A program made the position numbers and the translations under genes. Below are positions 22,529 through 31,805 of a stretch of DNA of 35,539 bases, piece after piece (positions within the stretch are counted from its first letter, which is position 1; each line of letters opens with the position of its first letter). Under the pieces are notes generated by a model. It saw only the letters and a list, made by a program, of their open reading frames with translations. It had not been told where the DNA came from and made no database searches. Source of the stretch: Bdellovibrionales bacterium. GTDB lineage: Bacteria; Bdellovibrionota; Bdellovibrionia; Bdellovibrionales; UBA840. The stretch is taken from the NCBI GenBank assembly GCA_037969075.1, contig JBBKWS010000198.1, positions 1 to 35,539 of the forward strand, given 5' to 3'.

Positions 22529-23711
22529 TAAAGCGCTAGTAGTAATGACAGCCCTATCTGCCTCTGCGCTTGCAACAGCCGCTTGGTGGAGTGTATTGGA
22601 CCCTATTTATAGCCAAGCTGGTGTGTTTGTGTTGGCGGGCTTATTTACGCTTTATTACAAAGAAAAAAAGTTAATACTTTTAGATGTGATTTTATTACCA
22701 ATGGTGACAGCGGCAGTTTTTAGTCAGGGATTAATGTCAGTTTGCTTGGATTTATCGATTTTTTATTACTTAGTATATAGGTTTGGTCCAAAGACTGAAG
22801 AAAATAGTCTTTTGGGCGTGATGCTGCTTCTACCGCTTTTGGTGGTTTCTAAGCTTGGTAAAGTATTACCAGAAGAATATATCATTGGTAGTAGCTGGCT
22901 AGTCCTCGGGTATATAGGTATAAACTGGCCCATACAAAAATTTGAATTTAAAAATAATAAAAATTGGTTGGAATGGTTTTATTGTTTTCTGGCTATAACG
23001 ACATATGTGGACAGCCAGCTATTTAACATTGTTGGCGCGCAATACGGATTGGTTATTTTAGCACTAATGGCTTTATTGTCCAGACTACCAAAACTAGCAA
23101 TGCTTTTTGGCCTGCTAACAGTGCACTGCCTAGGCGCGTTTGATTCGCAAGTGGTCGCAAGTTTATTTGCTTTAATTTGGTTCGATGTATACGGATTGCT
23201 GGTGATATTTTTATTGAGTCCATTTTTTACAAAGCAACCTAGCGCGCAGTTGGCAGAAATAATTACTTATTATTTAGGGCTTATTCTCATGTACGCTAGT
23301 GCCACAGAGCTTTTTGTTAAGGCTAAGTATAAAGAAATTTGGCAGTTTGGCGTAGTCTTTTTCTTATTGCTAATACCTCTGTATGAAACCGGTGCGCATT
23401 GGCAAGAGATTCAATTCAATATAGAGGGACAAAATTGGTGGTCAATGATTCCAGTAGTGACCGCACTTTTAACCTCTTACTTAATGATGTCTTCAAAAAT
23501 AAAGCCGCTAAATGTAAAATATAACTTAGAGGAGCAATCGTATATTTTATGGAAAAAAACTAGTCCGACGGATATAGCAGTTATTGGCCATGCGGAATTT
23601 CAAAAAGAAAGTGAAGTTGGCTCGGCTCTGCCTGAGCCAGTAATAATAGCCATAACGGTTGGGCTCACAGTAATTACATTGGGATTTTTATGGTTAGCAT
23701 CTCTAGTATAG
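22515..23711 (+). CDS. Polytopic membrane protein, possibly a highly diverged NuoL/MrpA-like subunit
   Basis: Many TMs; YIGINWPIQKF sits at the KSAQIPLYVW position; long polar segment and single terminal TM resemble the NuoL lateral helix and last TM. Weakest match of the seven. Confidence 0.4.
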   Translation: MKSLNKALVVMTALSASALATAAWWSVLDPIYSQAGVFVLAGLFTLYYKEKKLILLDVILLPMVTAAVFSQGLMSVCLDLSIFYYLVYRFGPKTEENSLLGVMLLLPLLVVSKLGKVLPEEYIIGSSWLVLGYIGINWPIQKFEFKNNKNWLEWFYCFLAITTYVDSQLFNIVGAQYGLVILALMALLSRLPKLAMLFGLLTVHCLGAFDSQVVASLFALIWFDVYGLLVIFLLSPFFTKQPSAQLAEIITYYLGLILMYASATELFVKAKYKEIWQFGVVFFLLLIPLYETGAHWQEIQFNIEGQNWWSMIPVVTALLTSYLMMSSKIKPLNVKYNLEEQSYILWKKTSPTDIAVIGHAEFQKESEVGSALPEPVIIAITVGLTVITLGFLWLASLV

Positions 23712-24673
23712 GGTATTTCATAAGTTATATAGCCATCGGGGTTTTATGCTTAAACATGGCGGCTAGGTACTACTTAGTAAAGTTAAATTTTCGTGCGGCG
23801 GATCTCTTTTTACTGACCTTGGCCGCTGCGGGCTTAACGAATAATCATATAATAATAGAAACAGTAATTTTTTTTGGATTACTTATAAGTATATTTAAAG
23901 AGATCGTAATTTATAAATCAAAACCAAAAGTAAAGATGTTTTATTTTATATTATTAGCAGCGAACTCTAGTGTTTTATTTTATATACAAACGACAACAGC
24001 AGGGGCCGCCAGCCTGTGGCCTGCAATAATTTGGTTGTTTGTAACGATGCTACTATTTTTACCGGCAATACAATTCAGGCAGCAGGAAGTTGCAAGGCTG
24101 AGGAACGCAAGTTTTTATCATTTTATATTTAGAATAGCTATCGTGGTATTTATTCATGCCTATGTGGAGCAAAATATAATACCTCTTAACTTGATATACG
24201 CACTTCTCGCGGGTTTTGTTGCGCTAGTTGCATTTAAAATAATTTATAAAAAAATTGTATTTACAAAAATGTTATCCCAACTACACGTCAGCGCGACGCT
24301 ACTACTGCTGGGGTTAGTTTTTCCAAAAATTGGCTTGGGGCTGCTTCTGGTAATACCCGCGCTTATTTATTTATTGGATAGCGATTCAATTTCATTACAG
24401 TCGCACAATAGAAGGTGGCTTCAATTCTTAGAGTGGCCCGTATGGCACAGCCCTATTTTGCTGCTGTTAATTTTGGGAATCCACGGAATAAAGGAAGGCC
24501 CCTTGCTGTTGCGAGGGATGTTTGTTCTTTATATAATTTTAATAGGCGGAGCGAGCATTTTTTGTCCTCAGAAAATTGAACAAGCAGGGCCTACCAATAA
24601 ACAAAGAAACGTTGTGCTGGCGAAAAATGTACTAATACTTATTGTAATAGTAGTGTTGGAGGCAAGGATATGA
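23690..24673 (+). CDS. Polytopic membrane protein, highly diverged NuoN-like antiporter-fold subunit
   Basis: LLFLPAIQF versus VSIFPFHAW; FIFRIAIV versus TGVKVATF; FTKMLSQLHVS versus LKRMLAYSSIA; FLEWPVWHSP versus LAGIPPLAGF. Confidence 0.45.
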   Translation: MVSISSIGYFISYIAIGVLCLNMAARYYLVKLNFRAADLFLLTLAAAGLTNNHIIIETVIFFGLLISIFKEIVIYKSKPKVKMFYFILLAANSSVLFYIQTTTAGAASLWPAIIWLFVTMLLFLPAIQFRQQEVARLRNASFYHFIFRIAIVVFIHAYVEQNIIPLNLIYALLAGFVALVAFKIIYKKIVFTKMLSQLHVSATLLLLGLVFPKIGLGLLLVIPALIYLLDSDSISLQSHNRRWLQFLEWPVWHSPILLLLILGIHGIKEGPLLLRGMFVLYIILIGGASIFCPQKIEQAGPTNKQRNVVLAKNVLILIVIVVLEARI

Positions 24674-25965
24674 ATTTTGAAATAGGAATAAGTCCGCTGT
24701 CTCTTCCGCTAGTGTTAACGTTAGCGGCATTGATGTTGTTTAGAAGAAAGACAAGTGTGTTAATAGATAATTTGCCGAGCGTGGGATTTGCTATTTCTGC
24801 CTTAGCCATGATTATGGCGGCGGGTACTACTTTTTGGTTACCGATAGGCTTCACTATTTATTCGGCTATTAATTTACTTCAGATAAAAAAGGGTTTTTCT
24901 GTGTCGGGCGGTAAGCTAATGCAGATGCTTGTAGTTCTACAGGGTATATTTGTTGTGGAGTGTCTTGGTACGGATTCGGTTTTTAAGATTCTTTGGGGAT
25001 TAACAGCTTCGTTATTTATTCAAATGCTAAGAAATTATTTAGCAACAGAGTGCAAGAAGATGACAACTGTCGAGTTAGCCTCATACTGGCTCGTATTACT
25101 TATAGTTTGGCCAGTTGCCCTGTTGCATCCAGACTTTATGATGCAAACGCTTGTAAATGGAGATCTATCAAGAGGCCTAGCGCTACTGTTAATAGGTGTG
25201 TCCTCGCTACAAGTGCTATTTCTATATTTACCATGGAAGGGGTATAGCAATATAGTAGAGTTAGGTTGGTTAAATACAAATTTATTTTTTCATTTACTTC
25301 TACAGGTGAAAGTTATTTTCGCCACAAAGCTTTTTTACCCGCAACTGTTTGTTGGAGCATACGCCGCAAATGGCGTTAGGTGGATCTATTTACTATTGCC
25401 CTTAGTAGCATTTATTTATATTACAAAGGCACCAAGCGGACTAAGAAGAGTCGCGGCAAGTAATTATTTTGCAGCCACACTACTTCTGTTGTTTTATAGT
25501 TTGGCGGCGCAAGACTTAGAGCACGTGCTTTTTATCGCGATTATAATTTTAGGACTATGCCATCTATTGCAAACATATGCCTATCAAACAAACACCCTTA
25601 CATTACAATTGCGGAGTGGATTAAAAAGTCGGGTTTTACTAGTGGTTAGCCTGTTTTTACCACTCATCCCATTAAACGGCGCGCTAAGAGCGTTTTTTCC
25701 ACAAATATATGCAGGGATCTTTAGATGGGAGGACTATGCTACGCTTTTTTACTTTCCCAGCCTGTTAACACTAATTTTTATGACAGTTTCAATCGTTAAT
25801 GCACTAATTCTATGCAACGATAAGCTTATGCTAAACCATCAAGATGTTTGGGTTCTTCGTAAATCGGACATAGTTATCGCTTTTAGTCTGCTACCCTTTA
25901 TATTTCTTGGAATATATCCATCTCCTTTGTATAACTATATTCAAAAATACTTCATCTTTCCATAG
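24670..25965 (+). CDS. Polytopic membrane protein, highly diverged NuoM-like antiporter-fold subunit
   Basis: DSVFKILWG versus DLILFYCFWE; GLRRVAASNY versus DIKKLVAYSS; LIPLNGAL versus AVPGTNGF; LRKSDIV...FLGIYPSPL versus LNWREIT...WMGIYPKYF. Confidence 0.6.
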   Translation: MNFEIGISPLSLPLVLTLAALMLFRRKTSVLIDNLPSVGFAISALAMIMAAGTTFWLPIGFTIYSAINLLQIKKGFSVSGGKLMQMLVVLQGIFVVECLGTDSVFKILWGLTASLFIQMLRNYLATECKKMTTVELASYWLVLLIVWPVALLHPDFMMQTLVNGDLSRGLALLLIGVSSLQVLFLYLPWKGYSNIVELGWLNTNLFFHLLLQVKVIFATKLFYPQLFVGAYAANGVRWIYLLLPLVAFIYITKAPSGLRRVAASNYFAATLLLLFYSLAAQDLEHVLFIAIIILGLCHLLQTYAYQTNTLTLQLRSGLKSRVLLVVSLFLPLIPLNGALRAFFPQIYAGIFRWEDYATLFYFPSLLTLIFMTVSIVNALILCNDKLMLNHQDVWVLRKSDIVIAFSLLPFIFLGIYPSPLYNYIQKYFIFP

Positions 25966-25976
25966 GAAGGAGCCGC

Positions 25977-26351
25977 ATGATTTATCAACTTGGCCCGGTG
26001 CTGTTCATGGCAACTCTGTCACTTATATTTGGCATAGTAGTCCTTTTTTTAGTGTCAAAAGTTGGGCCCAAAATTAAACCGTCAAAAGCGAAACTAGAAG
26101 CCTATGAGTCTGGAATATCTGGACAACAAACGACGACGACGAAAATCCCCGTAAAATTTTATCTAACAGCAATTTTATTTATCGTTTTTGATATAGAGGC
26201 CATTTTTATTTATCCTTTCGCTGCGGTTTTTAAAGATTTCTTAGCAGAAGGATATGGCTCTTTTATATTTATAGAAATGGCTGTGTTTATGTTAACGCTG
26301 GTTTGGGGACTTTTTTATATCTGGAAGGGCAAGGCCCTGGATTGGGAATAG
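25977..26351 (+). CDS. nuoA: NADH-quinone oxidoreductase subunit A
   Basis: AYESG, VKFYLTAILFIVFDIEAIFIYP, KALDWE; SD AAGGAG. Confidence 0.96.
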   Translation: MIYQLGPVLFMATLSLIFGIVVLFLVSKVGPKIKPSKAKLEAYESGISGQQTTTTKIPVKFYLTAILFIVFDIEAIFIYPFAAVFKDFLAEGYGSFIFIEMAVFMLTLVWGLFYIWKGKALDWE

Positions 26352-26354
26352 AGT

Positions 26355-27506
26355 ATGCGAATGGATGCAATGGAAGCCGCGCTAAATGCGCTTAAATTAA
26401 TAGTTATATTTGGCATGATGATTCAAGCGGTTCCGTTATTGGTGTGGCTAGAGAGACGTGGATCAGCATTTATACAACATAGATTTGGTCCTAATAGAGT
26501 GGGCCCACTAGGTCTAATGCAGCTATTGGCAGACGCAGTAAAATTTATTGGTAAAGAAGAATTTGTTCCAGGAAAAGGCCACAAGCTATTATTCTTTTTG
26601 GCTCCGATACTAGCGATAATACCAGGAGCCCTAGCTGTTTTAGCGATACCATTTTCTACTCCTATTGAAATTGCGGCCTTCGATTTTGCAGGAAGTACTT
26701 GGGGTCCTTATTTATTAAAAATTCAAGGTGCAGATATTCCTCTGGGGATAATTTATATCTTTGGAGTATCATCACTAGCAGCATACCCATTACTACTTGC
26801 TGGGTGGGCCTCTAGCAGTAAATTCTCAATGATGGGTGCGCTAAGAGCAAGCGCGCAAATGATTTCTTATGAGCTGGCATTGGGATTTGCTGCCGTCGGA
26901 ATTATGATGCTTTACGGGACTTTTTATTTAAACGAAATGATTGATTTACAGCAAGGACCAATGAGCTTCATGTTTATGGGAAAAGATGTTGTGATACCAT
27001 TTTTACCTAACTGGGGAATATTCTTTCAGCCACTAGGATTTATACTATTTTTAGTGTGTAGTTACGCAGAGGCAAATAGACTACCATTCGATTTACCAGA
27101 GGCAGAGGGTGAGCTAGTGGCTGGCTATCATACTGAGTACGGCGGATTTAAAATGCTTTTGTTTTTTATTGGTGAGTATGGCCATATGATAGTGTCGTCC
27201 TCAATAGTAATTATATTTTATTTCGGCGGTTATTTAATTCCATTTGTATCAACCGAAGATTTAAGACAATTGTTGTCGGGGTTTGTGGGCTCTGGGGCAA
27301 TGTTAAGTGTTGCGACATCAGTAATTTATCTTTTAAGTTTTATCATAAAACTAGTTATGTTTTTGTGGGTGTTTATCTGGGTGCGCTGGTCATTGCCACG
27401 CTTTAGATATGACCAATTAATGGATTTAGGTTGGAAGACGATGTTGCCATGGGGCTTATTAAATACATTCTTAACAATGCTATTTATTTACCTCGCACAC
27501 GGATAA
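26355..27506 (+). CDS. nuoH: NADH-quinone oxidoreductase subunit H
   Basis: ERR..AFIQ.R.GPNRVG, ALRASAQMISYE, NRLPFDLPEAEGELVAGYHTEY, LPRFRYDQLM. Confidence 0.97.
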   Translation: MRMDAMEAALNALKLIVIFGMMIQAVPLLVWLERRGSAFIQHRFGPNRVGPLGLMQLLADAVKFIGKEEFVPGKGHKLLFFLAPILAIIPGALAVLAIPFSTPIEIAAFDFAGSTWGPYLLKIQGADIPLGIIYIFGVSSLAAYPLLLAGWASSSKFSMMGALRASAQMISYELALGFAAVGIMMLYGTFYLNEMIDLQQGPMSFMFMGKDVVIPFLPNWGIFFQPLGFILFLVCSYAEANRLPFDLPEAEGELVAGYHTEYGGFKMLLFFIGEYGHMIVSSSIVIIFYFGGYLIPFVSTEDLRQLLSGFVGSGAMLSVATSVIYLLSFIIKLVMFLWVFIWVRWSLPRFRYDQLMDLGWKTMLPWGLLNTFLTMLFIYLAHG

Positions 27507-27515
27507 GGAATTAAT

Positions 27516-28046
27516 ATGACCTCTACACTGTTGTTTTATTTTTTACAGTTTTTGATACTAGCTTCGGCGCTTGGGGTTGTGCTAATGCCGAATCCAATTT
27601 ATTGCGCGTTAATGCTTGCCGTAAGTATGATTGGGATTTCGGCATTGTTTTTTAGTCTCGAGGCTTATTTTGTGGCTGGCGTACAATTAATTGTTTATGC
27701 CGGGGCAGTTATGGTTTTGTTTGTGATGGTGATTATGCTGTTCAATTTAAAAACTGAAACCACAGCGTTTACCAAGGGCTTGCTATCAAAAATTCTTAAG
27801 GTAAGTTTGAGTACATTAATATTTGCTCTTATTGCATCAAGCTTATCAATGAGTTTTGCCGATTTAAATTCGTCACAGCTACAGCCCTACGAAAGTGCAA
27901 TGCGATCTGTAAAAGAACTGTCAGCGCTCCTATTTACTAAATACGTATTTGCATTTGAAGCGATCAGTATTCTTCTAATACTTGTTGTGGTTGGAGCCGT
28001 AGCTCTTGCTAGAGCAAAAGGTGGTACACATGCCTCTAACAAATAG
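27516..28046 (+). CDS. nuoJ: NADH-quinone oxidoreductase subunit J
   Basis: NPIYCAL, QLIVYAGAVMVLFVMVIML, FAFEAISILL. Confidence 0.95.
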   Translation: MTSTLLFYFLQFLILASALGVVLMPNPIYCALMLAVSMIGISALFFSLEAYFVAGVQLIVYAGAVMVLFVMVIMLFNLKTETTAFTKGLLSKILKVSLSTLIFALIASSLSMSFADLNSSQLQPYESAMRSVKELSALLFTKYVFAFEAISILLILVVVGAVALARAKGGTHASNK

Positions 28047-28356
28047 CCTAACAGAAATTACATTGAATCATTATTTGATTTTGTCAGCCGCACTTTTTTG
28101 CATAGGAATGTTTGGCGTCATAATGAGAAAAAATGCTCTCGTTATTTTAATGTCAATTGAGCTAATGTTAAATGGCGTGAACATCAGCTTTGTTGCCTTT
28201 AGCAGATATCAAAACACTATGGATGGTTATGTTATGGTGTTTTTTGTTATGGCAATAGCCGCAGCAGAGGCCGCCATTGGATTGGCACTTGCGGTGGCAA
28301 TATTTAAGCGTTTTCGTGAAATCAACATTAGTTCATTTGAGCATCTAAAGGGGTAA
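28030..28356 (+). CDS. nuoK: NADH-quinone oxidoreductase subunit K
   Basis: RKNALVILMSIELMLNG, AAAEAAIGLA; probable ATG at 28030. Confidence 0.96.
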   Translation: MPLTNSLTEITLNHYLILSAALFCIGMFGVIMRKNALVILMSIELMLNGVNISFVAFSRYQNTMDGYVMVFFVMAIAAAEAAIGLALAVAIFKRFREINISSFEHLKG

Positions 28357-28357
28357 T

Positions 28358-30283
28358 ATGACATCGTTTTGGGTAGCAGTTTTAATTTTATCTCCCTTGG
28401 TTGGCTTTCTAATAAATGGTTTTCGCTGGAAAAGTAAAAACTATTTAGCTTCTGGTGGTCTTGCAACAGCGGCGATAGCGGTATCATTTATAGCGGCGCT
28501 GAACTTATTGTTCGAACTTATTCAATTGCCCGCAGACCAGCGTACAATAATAGTAAAATATTTTGATTGGATTAATGTTGGAATATTAAACGTTCCGGCA
28601 GGCTTTCTTGTCGATACAATTTCTATTGTAATGGTCTTAATTATTACCGGTATTGGGACCTTAATTCATCTGTTTAGTATTGGATATATGAGCCATGATG
28701 AAAGACCAACGAAGTATTTTGCTTACTTGAATTTATTTGTATTCAATATGCTACTTTTAGTCTTGGGCGAAAATCTTTTAATTATGTTTATTGGCTGGGA
28801 AGGCGTGGGACTTTGCTCCTATCTACTGATAGGATTTTGGTTTAGTGATAAAGAAAAAGCTACTGCAGGAATGAAGGCATTCATAACAAATAGAATTGGT
28901 GATGCCGGTCTATTGATAGGGATTTTTCTTATATTTATTTTAACAGGAACACTTAGTTTTACAGAAATACTAGTGGCTAACTTGAGCCCAGAAGCGGGTT
29001 GGGGAATTATTGGCGCCGCTTGTATTGCTCTTTTCATTGGCGCAACTGGAAAGTCGGCTCAAATCCCACTTTACGTTTGGTTACCTGATGCCATGGCTGG
29101 GCCAACGCCGGTGTCAGCGCTGATCCATGCTGCAACGATGGTTACAGCTGGAATTTATATGATTGTAAGGTTGAATGCTTTTTTTATGTTGTCCCCAAAT
29201 ACAATGCTAGTTATTGCCATCATTGGCGGGCTTACGGCATTTTTTGCGGCCAGTATGGGAATGCTTCAGTGGGACATTAAGAAAATATTGGCTTACTCTA
29301 CCGTATCGCAATTAGGATATATGTTTTTGGCCTTAGGGGTCGGCGCATTTACTGCAGCCATGTTTCATCTGATGACCCATGCATTTTTTAAAGCCCTAAT
29401 GTTTTTAGGCTCAGGTAGCGTGATACACGCAATGCACGAAGAGCAAGATATTAGAAAAATGGGTGGTCTAAAAAAATACTTACCAATTACTCACCTAACA
29501 TTTGTGATGGGCTGGCTTGCGATTATTGGAACGCCACTTTTCTCAGGGTTTTTCTCTAAAGATGAAATTCTTTGGATGACATTTCATAGTCCTATGGGAA
29601 GTAAGCTTCTTTGGGTGTTGGGCGTACTTACCGCGGGCATGACAGCGTTTTACATGACAAGATTAATGACCATGACATTTTGGGGGAAATCTAGAGTTCC
29701 TAGTGATGTGCATCCTCATGAGAGTCCGCTAACAATGACAATACCATTAATAGTTTTGGCTACACTTTCAGTATTTGGCGGTTGGATTGGTGTTCCACAC
29801 GCCATTTCGGAAATTTTACCGGGTCATATTCCAAACGTATTAGAGAATTGGTTTGGGGCAAAGATTAGTGCAATTCCAAATATAGGGCATGCAAGCTTGG
29901 CGCTTGAGTACTCTTTAATGTTGGTTTCGGTTTTAGTAGCCGGAGGCTCAGCGTTTTGGGCCTATACCTTATATAGTAAGAAGCAAAAGACCTTAGACAC
30001 GTTAACGGCAAAAATGAAACCCCTTCATACGCTTGTCTATAATAAATACTTTGTGGATGAATTTTACTTTTCTAAAATTATCAATCCACTTGTCGATGCA
30101 AGTAAGGGTCTATGGGAGTACATCGACGTTGGCTTTATTGATAAGGCTACCTATAAAATTTCTGGTTTCGTAAATGAAGCGGCTAGAGGCCTTAGAAGTC
30201 TACAAAATGGAAATGTACAAAGGTATGCTCTCTATATGTTGATCGGTGTGTTCGTGACTTTATCTTTTGTGTTTTTGAGGTAA
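28358..30283 (+). CDS. nuoL: NADH-quinone oxidoreductase subunit L
   Basis: GWEGVGLCSYLLIGFW, NRIGD, GKSAQIPLYVWLPDAMAGPTPVSALIHAATMV, THAFFKA. Confidence 0.98.
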   Translation: MTSFWVAVLILSPLVGFLINGFRWKSKNYLASGGLATAAIAVSFIAALNLLFELIQLPADQRTIIVKYFDWINVGILNVPAGFLVDTISIVMVLIITGIGTLIHLFSIGYMSHDERPTKYFAYLNLFVFNMLLLVLGENLLIMFIGWEGVGLCSYLLIGFWFSDKEKATAGMKAFITNRIGDAGLLIGIFLIFILTGTLSFTEILVANLSPEAGWGIIGAACIALFIGATGKSAQIPLYVWLPDAMAGPTPVSALIHAATMVTAGIYMIVRLNAFFMLSPNTMLVIAIIGGLTAFFAASMGMLQWDIKKILAYSTVSQLGYMFLALGVGAFTAAMFHLMTHAFFKALMFLGSGSVIHAMHEEQDIRKMGGLKKYLPITHLTFVMGWLAIIGTPLFSGFFSKDEILWMTFHSPMGSKLLWVLGVLTAGMTAFYMTRLMTMTFWGKSRVPSDVHPHESPLTMTIPLIVLATLSVFGGWIGVPHAISEILPGHIPNVLENWFGAKISAIPNIGHASLALEYSLMLVSVLVAGGSAFWAYTLYSKKQKTLDTLTAKMKPLHTLVYNKYFVDEFYFSKIINPLVDASKGLWEYIDVGFIDKATYKISGFVNEAARGLRSLQNGNVQRYALYMLIGVFVTLSFVFLR

Positions 30284-30286
30284 TAA

Positions 30287-31804
30287 ATGATTAGTTTAGT
30301 TTTATTTTTTCCATTGTTATGCGCTTTAGTAATCACGCTTCTCCCTAATGACAAGCTGGTTAGACCGGTTGCGCTTGGCTTATCAATTATAGAGTTTATC
30401 TTTAGTTTGCATTTTTTATATCACTTCAAACCAAGTGCCGATTTGCAGTTTACTGAAAAATTCACATGGATTGAACAGTTTAATATTTCGTATTTCGTAG
30501 GGATAGATGGTTTATCGATTTGGTTGGTTCTACTTAGTACATTTATAGTTCCGGTTATTATACTAGCCAGCTGGGATGCGATAAACACAAGAATAAAAAC
30601 GTTTCATGCCTGCATGTTTGTATTGTTAACAGCGATGCTTGGCAGCTTTGTTTCTTTAGACCTGATACTATTCTATTGTTTTTGGGAACTATCTTTAATA
30701 CCAATGTATTTAATTATTGGTATATGGGGCGGACCAAAGCGTATTTATGCGAGCATAAAGTTTTTTATTTTTACAATGCTGGGTTCCGTTTTTATGCTTT
30801 TAGCAATGATTGCATTAATGTTTATGGCGCAAGAACAACTGGGCCAAATCACGTCAAATGTCTTAGATCTTTACAAATTACAAATTCCATTTGTTGAAGG
30901 AACATTTTTTAATCCGCAGATTTTATTATTTTTAGCATTTTCTATCGCATTTGCTATTAAAGTACCGATGTTTCCAGTTCACACGTGGTTACCCGATGCG
31001 CATACCGAGGCACCGACACCGGGTTCTGTAATTTTAGCTGGTGTTATGCTAAAGATGGGGACTTTTGGATTTATTAGATTTGCAATGCCCTTATTTCCTG
31101 ATGCGGTACACCAACTGTCGTGGGTGTTTTTATTTTTAGGAGTTCTGGGTATTATTTATGGCGCGCTTGTAGCTATGGTACAGCCTGACATTAAGAAGTT
31201 AGTAGCCTATTCATCAGTATCGCACATGGGTTACATAATGATAGGGCTATTTGCCCTAAATACTTACGGCACAACCGGAGCAATTTATCAGATGTTAAAT
31301 CATGGTATTAGCACCGGCGCGCTATTCTTCTTAGTCGGGATGATTTATGAGAGAACCCATTCTAGAAAAATTGAAGACTACGGCGGCCTAGCGAAGGCAA
31401 TGCCAATTTATGCGATCTTTTTTGTGATAGTTACAATGTCGAGTATTGCAGTTCCGGGAACTAATGGCTTTATTGGTGAGTACTTAATATTAATGGGGAC
31501 ATTTTTAACAGATAAGCTATATGGATCTTTGGCGGTTACCGGGGTGATTCTTGGTGCGGCTTATATGCTTTGGATGGTTAAAAAGGTATTCTTTGGACCA
31601 GCAGGAAAGCTTGTTGCCGATGGAAAATTAAAAGATCTTAACTGGAGAGAAATTACGGTTATGAGTATTATGACGGTAATGATTTTTTGGATGGGCATAT
31701 ATCCAAAGTATTTCTTAGATATAATCAAGCCAAGCGTAGAGCAGTATTCACAAACGTTAAATAAGTATGAGCTAAAAGTGATGGACGCTCAGGTCGGAGA
31801 ATAG
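30287..31804 (+). CDS. nuoM: NADH-quinone oxidoreductase subunit M
   Basis: GIDGLS, FWELSLIP, KVPMFPVHTWLPDAHTEAPT, LKMG, NGFIGE. Confidence 0.98.
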   Translation: MISLVLFFPLLCALVITLLPNDKLVRPVALGLSIIEFIFSLHFLYHFKPSADLQFTEKFTWIEQFNISYFVGIDGLSIWLVLLSTFIVPVIILASWDAINTRIKTFHACMFVLLTAMLGSFVSLDLILFYCFWELSLIPMYLIIGIWGGPKRIYASIKFFIFTMLGSVFMLLAMIALMFMAQEQLGQITSNVLDLYKLQIPFVEGTFFNPQILLFLAFSIAFAIKVPMFPVHTWLPDAHTEAPTPGSVILAGVMLKMGTFGFIRFAMPLFPDAVHQLSWVFLFLGVLGIIYGALVAMVQPDIKKLVAYSSVSHMGYIMIGLFALNTYGTTGAIYQMLNHGISTGALFFLVGMIYERTHSRKIEDYGGLAKAMPIYAIFFVIVTMSSIAVPGTNGFIGEYLILMGTFLTDKLYGSLAVTGVILGAAYMLWMVKKVFFGPAGKLVADGKLKDLNWREITVMSIMTVMIFWMGIYPKYFLDIIKPSVEQYSQTLNKYELKVMDAQVGE

Positions 31805-31805
31805 A

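Noticed and set aside
20856..25965. Reading the seven membrane ORFs as pseudogenes or as a canonical Mrp antiporter operon
   Set aside because: There are no frameshifts or internal stops and coupling is tight. The NuoH-like and NuoA-like members and the missing conserved Glu/Lys residues do not fit MrpABCDEFG.
30977..30992. CACGTG-centred sequence in nuoM as a third parS
   Set aside because: The flanks (GTTCA, GTTAC) do not match the TGTT/AACA arms, and the sequence encodes the conserved VHTWL motif.
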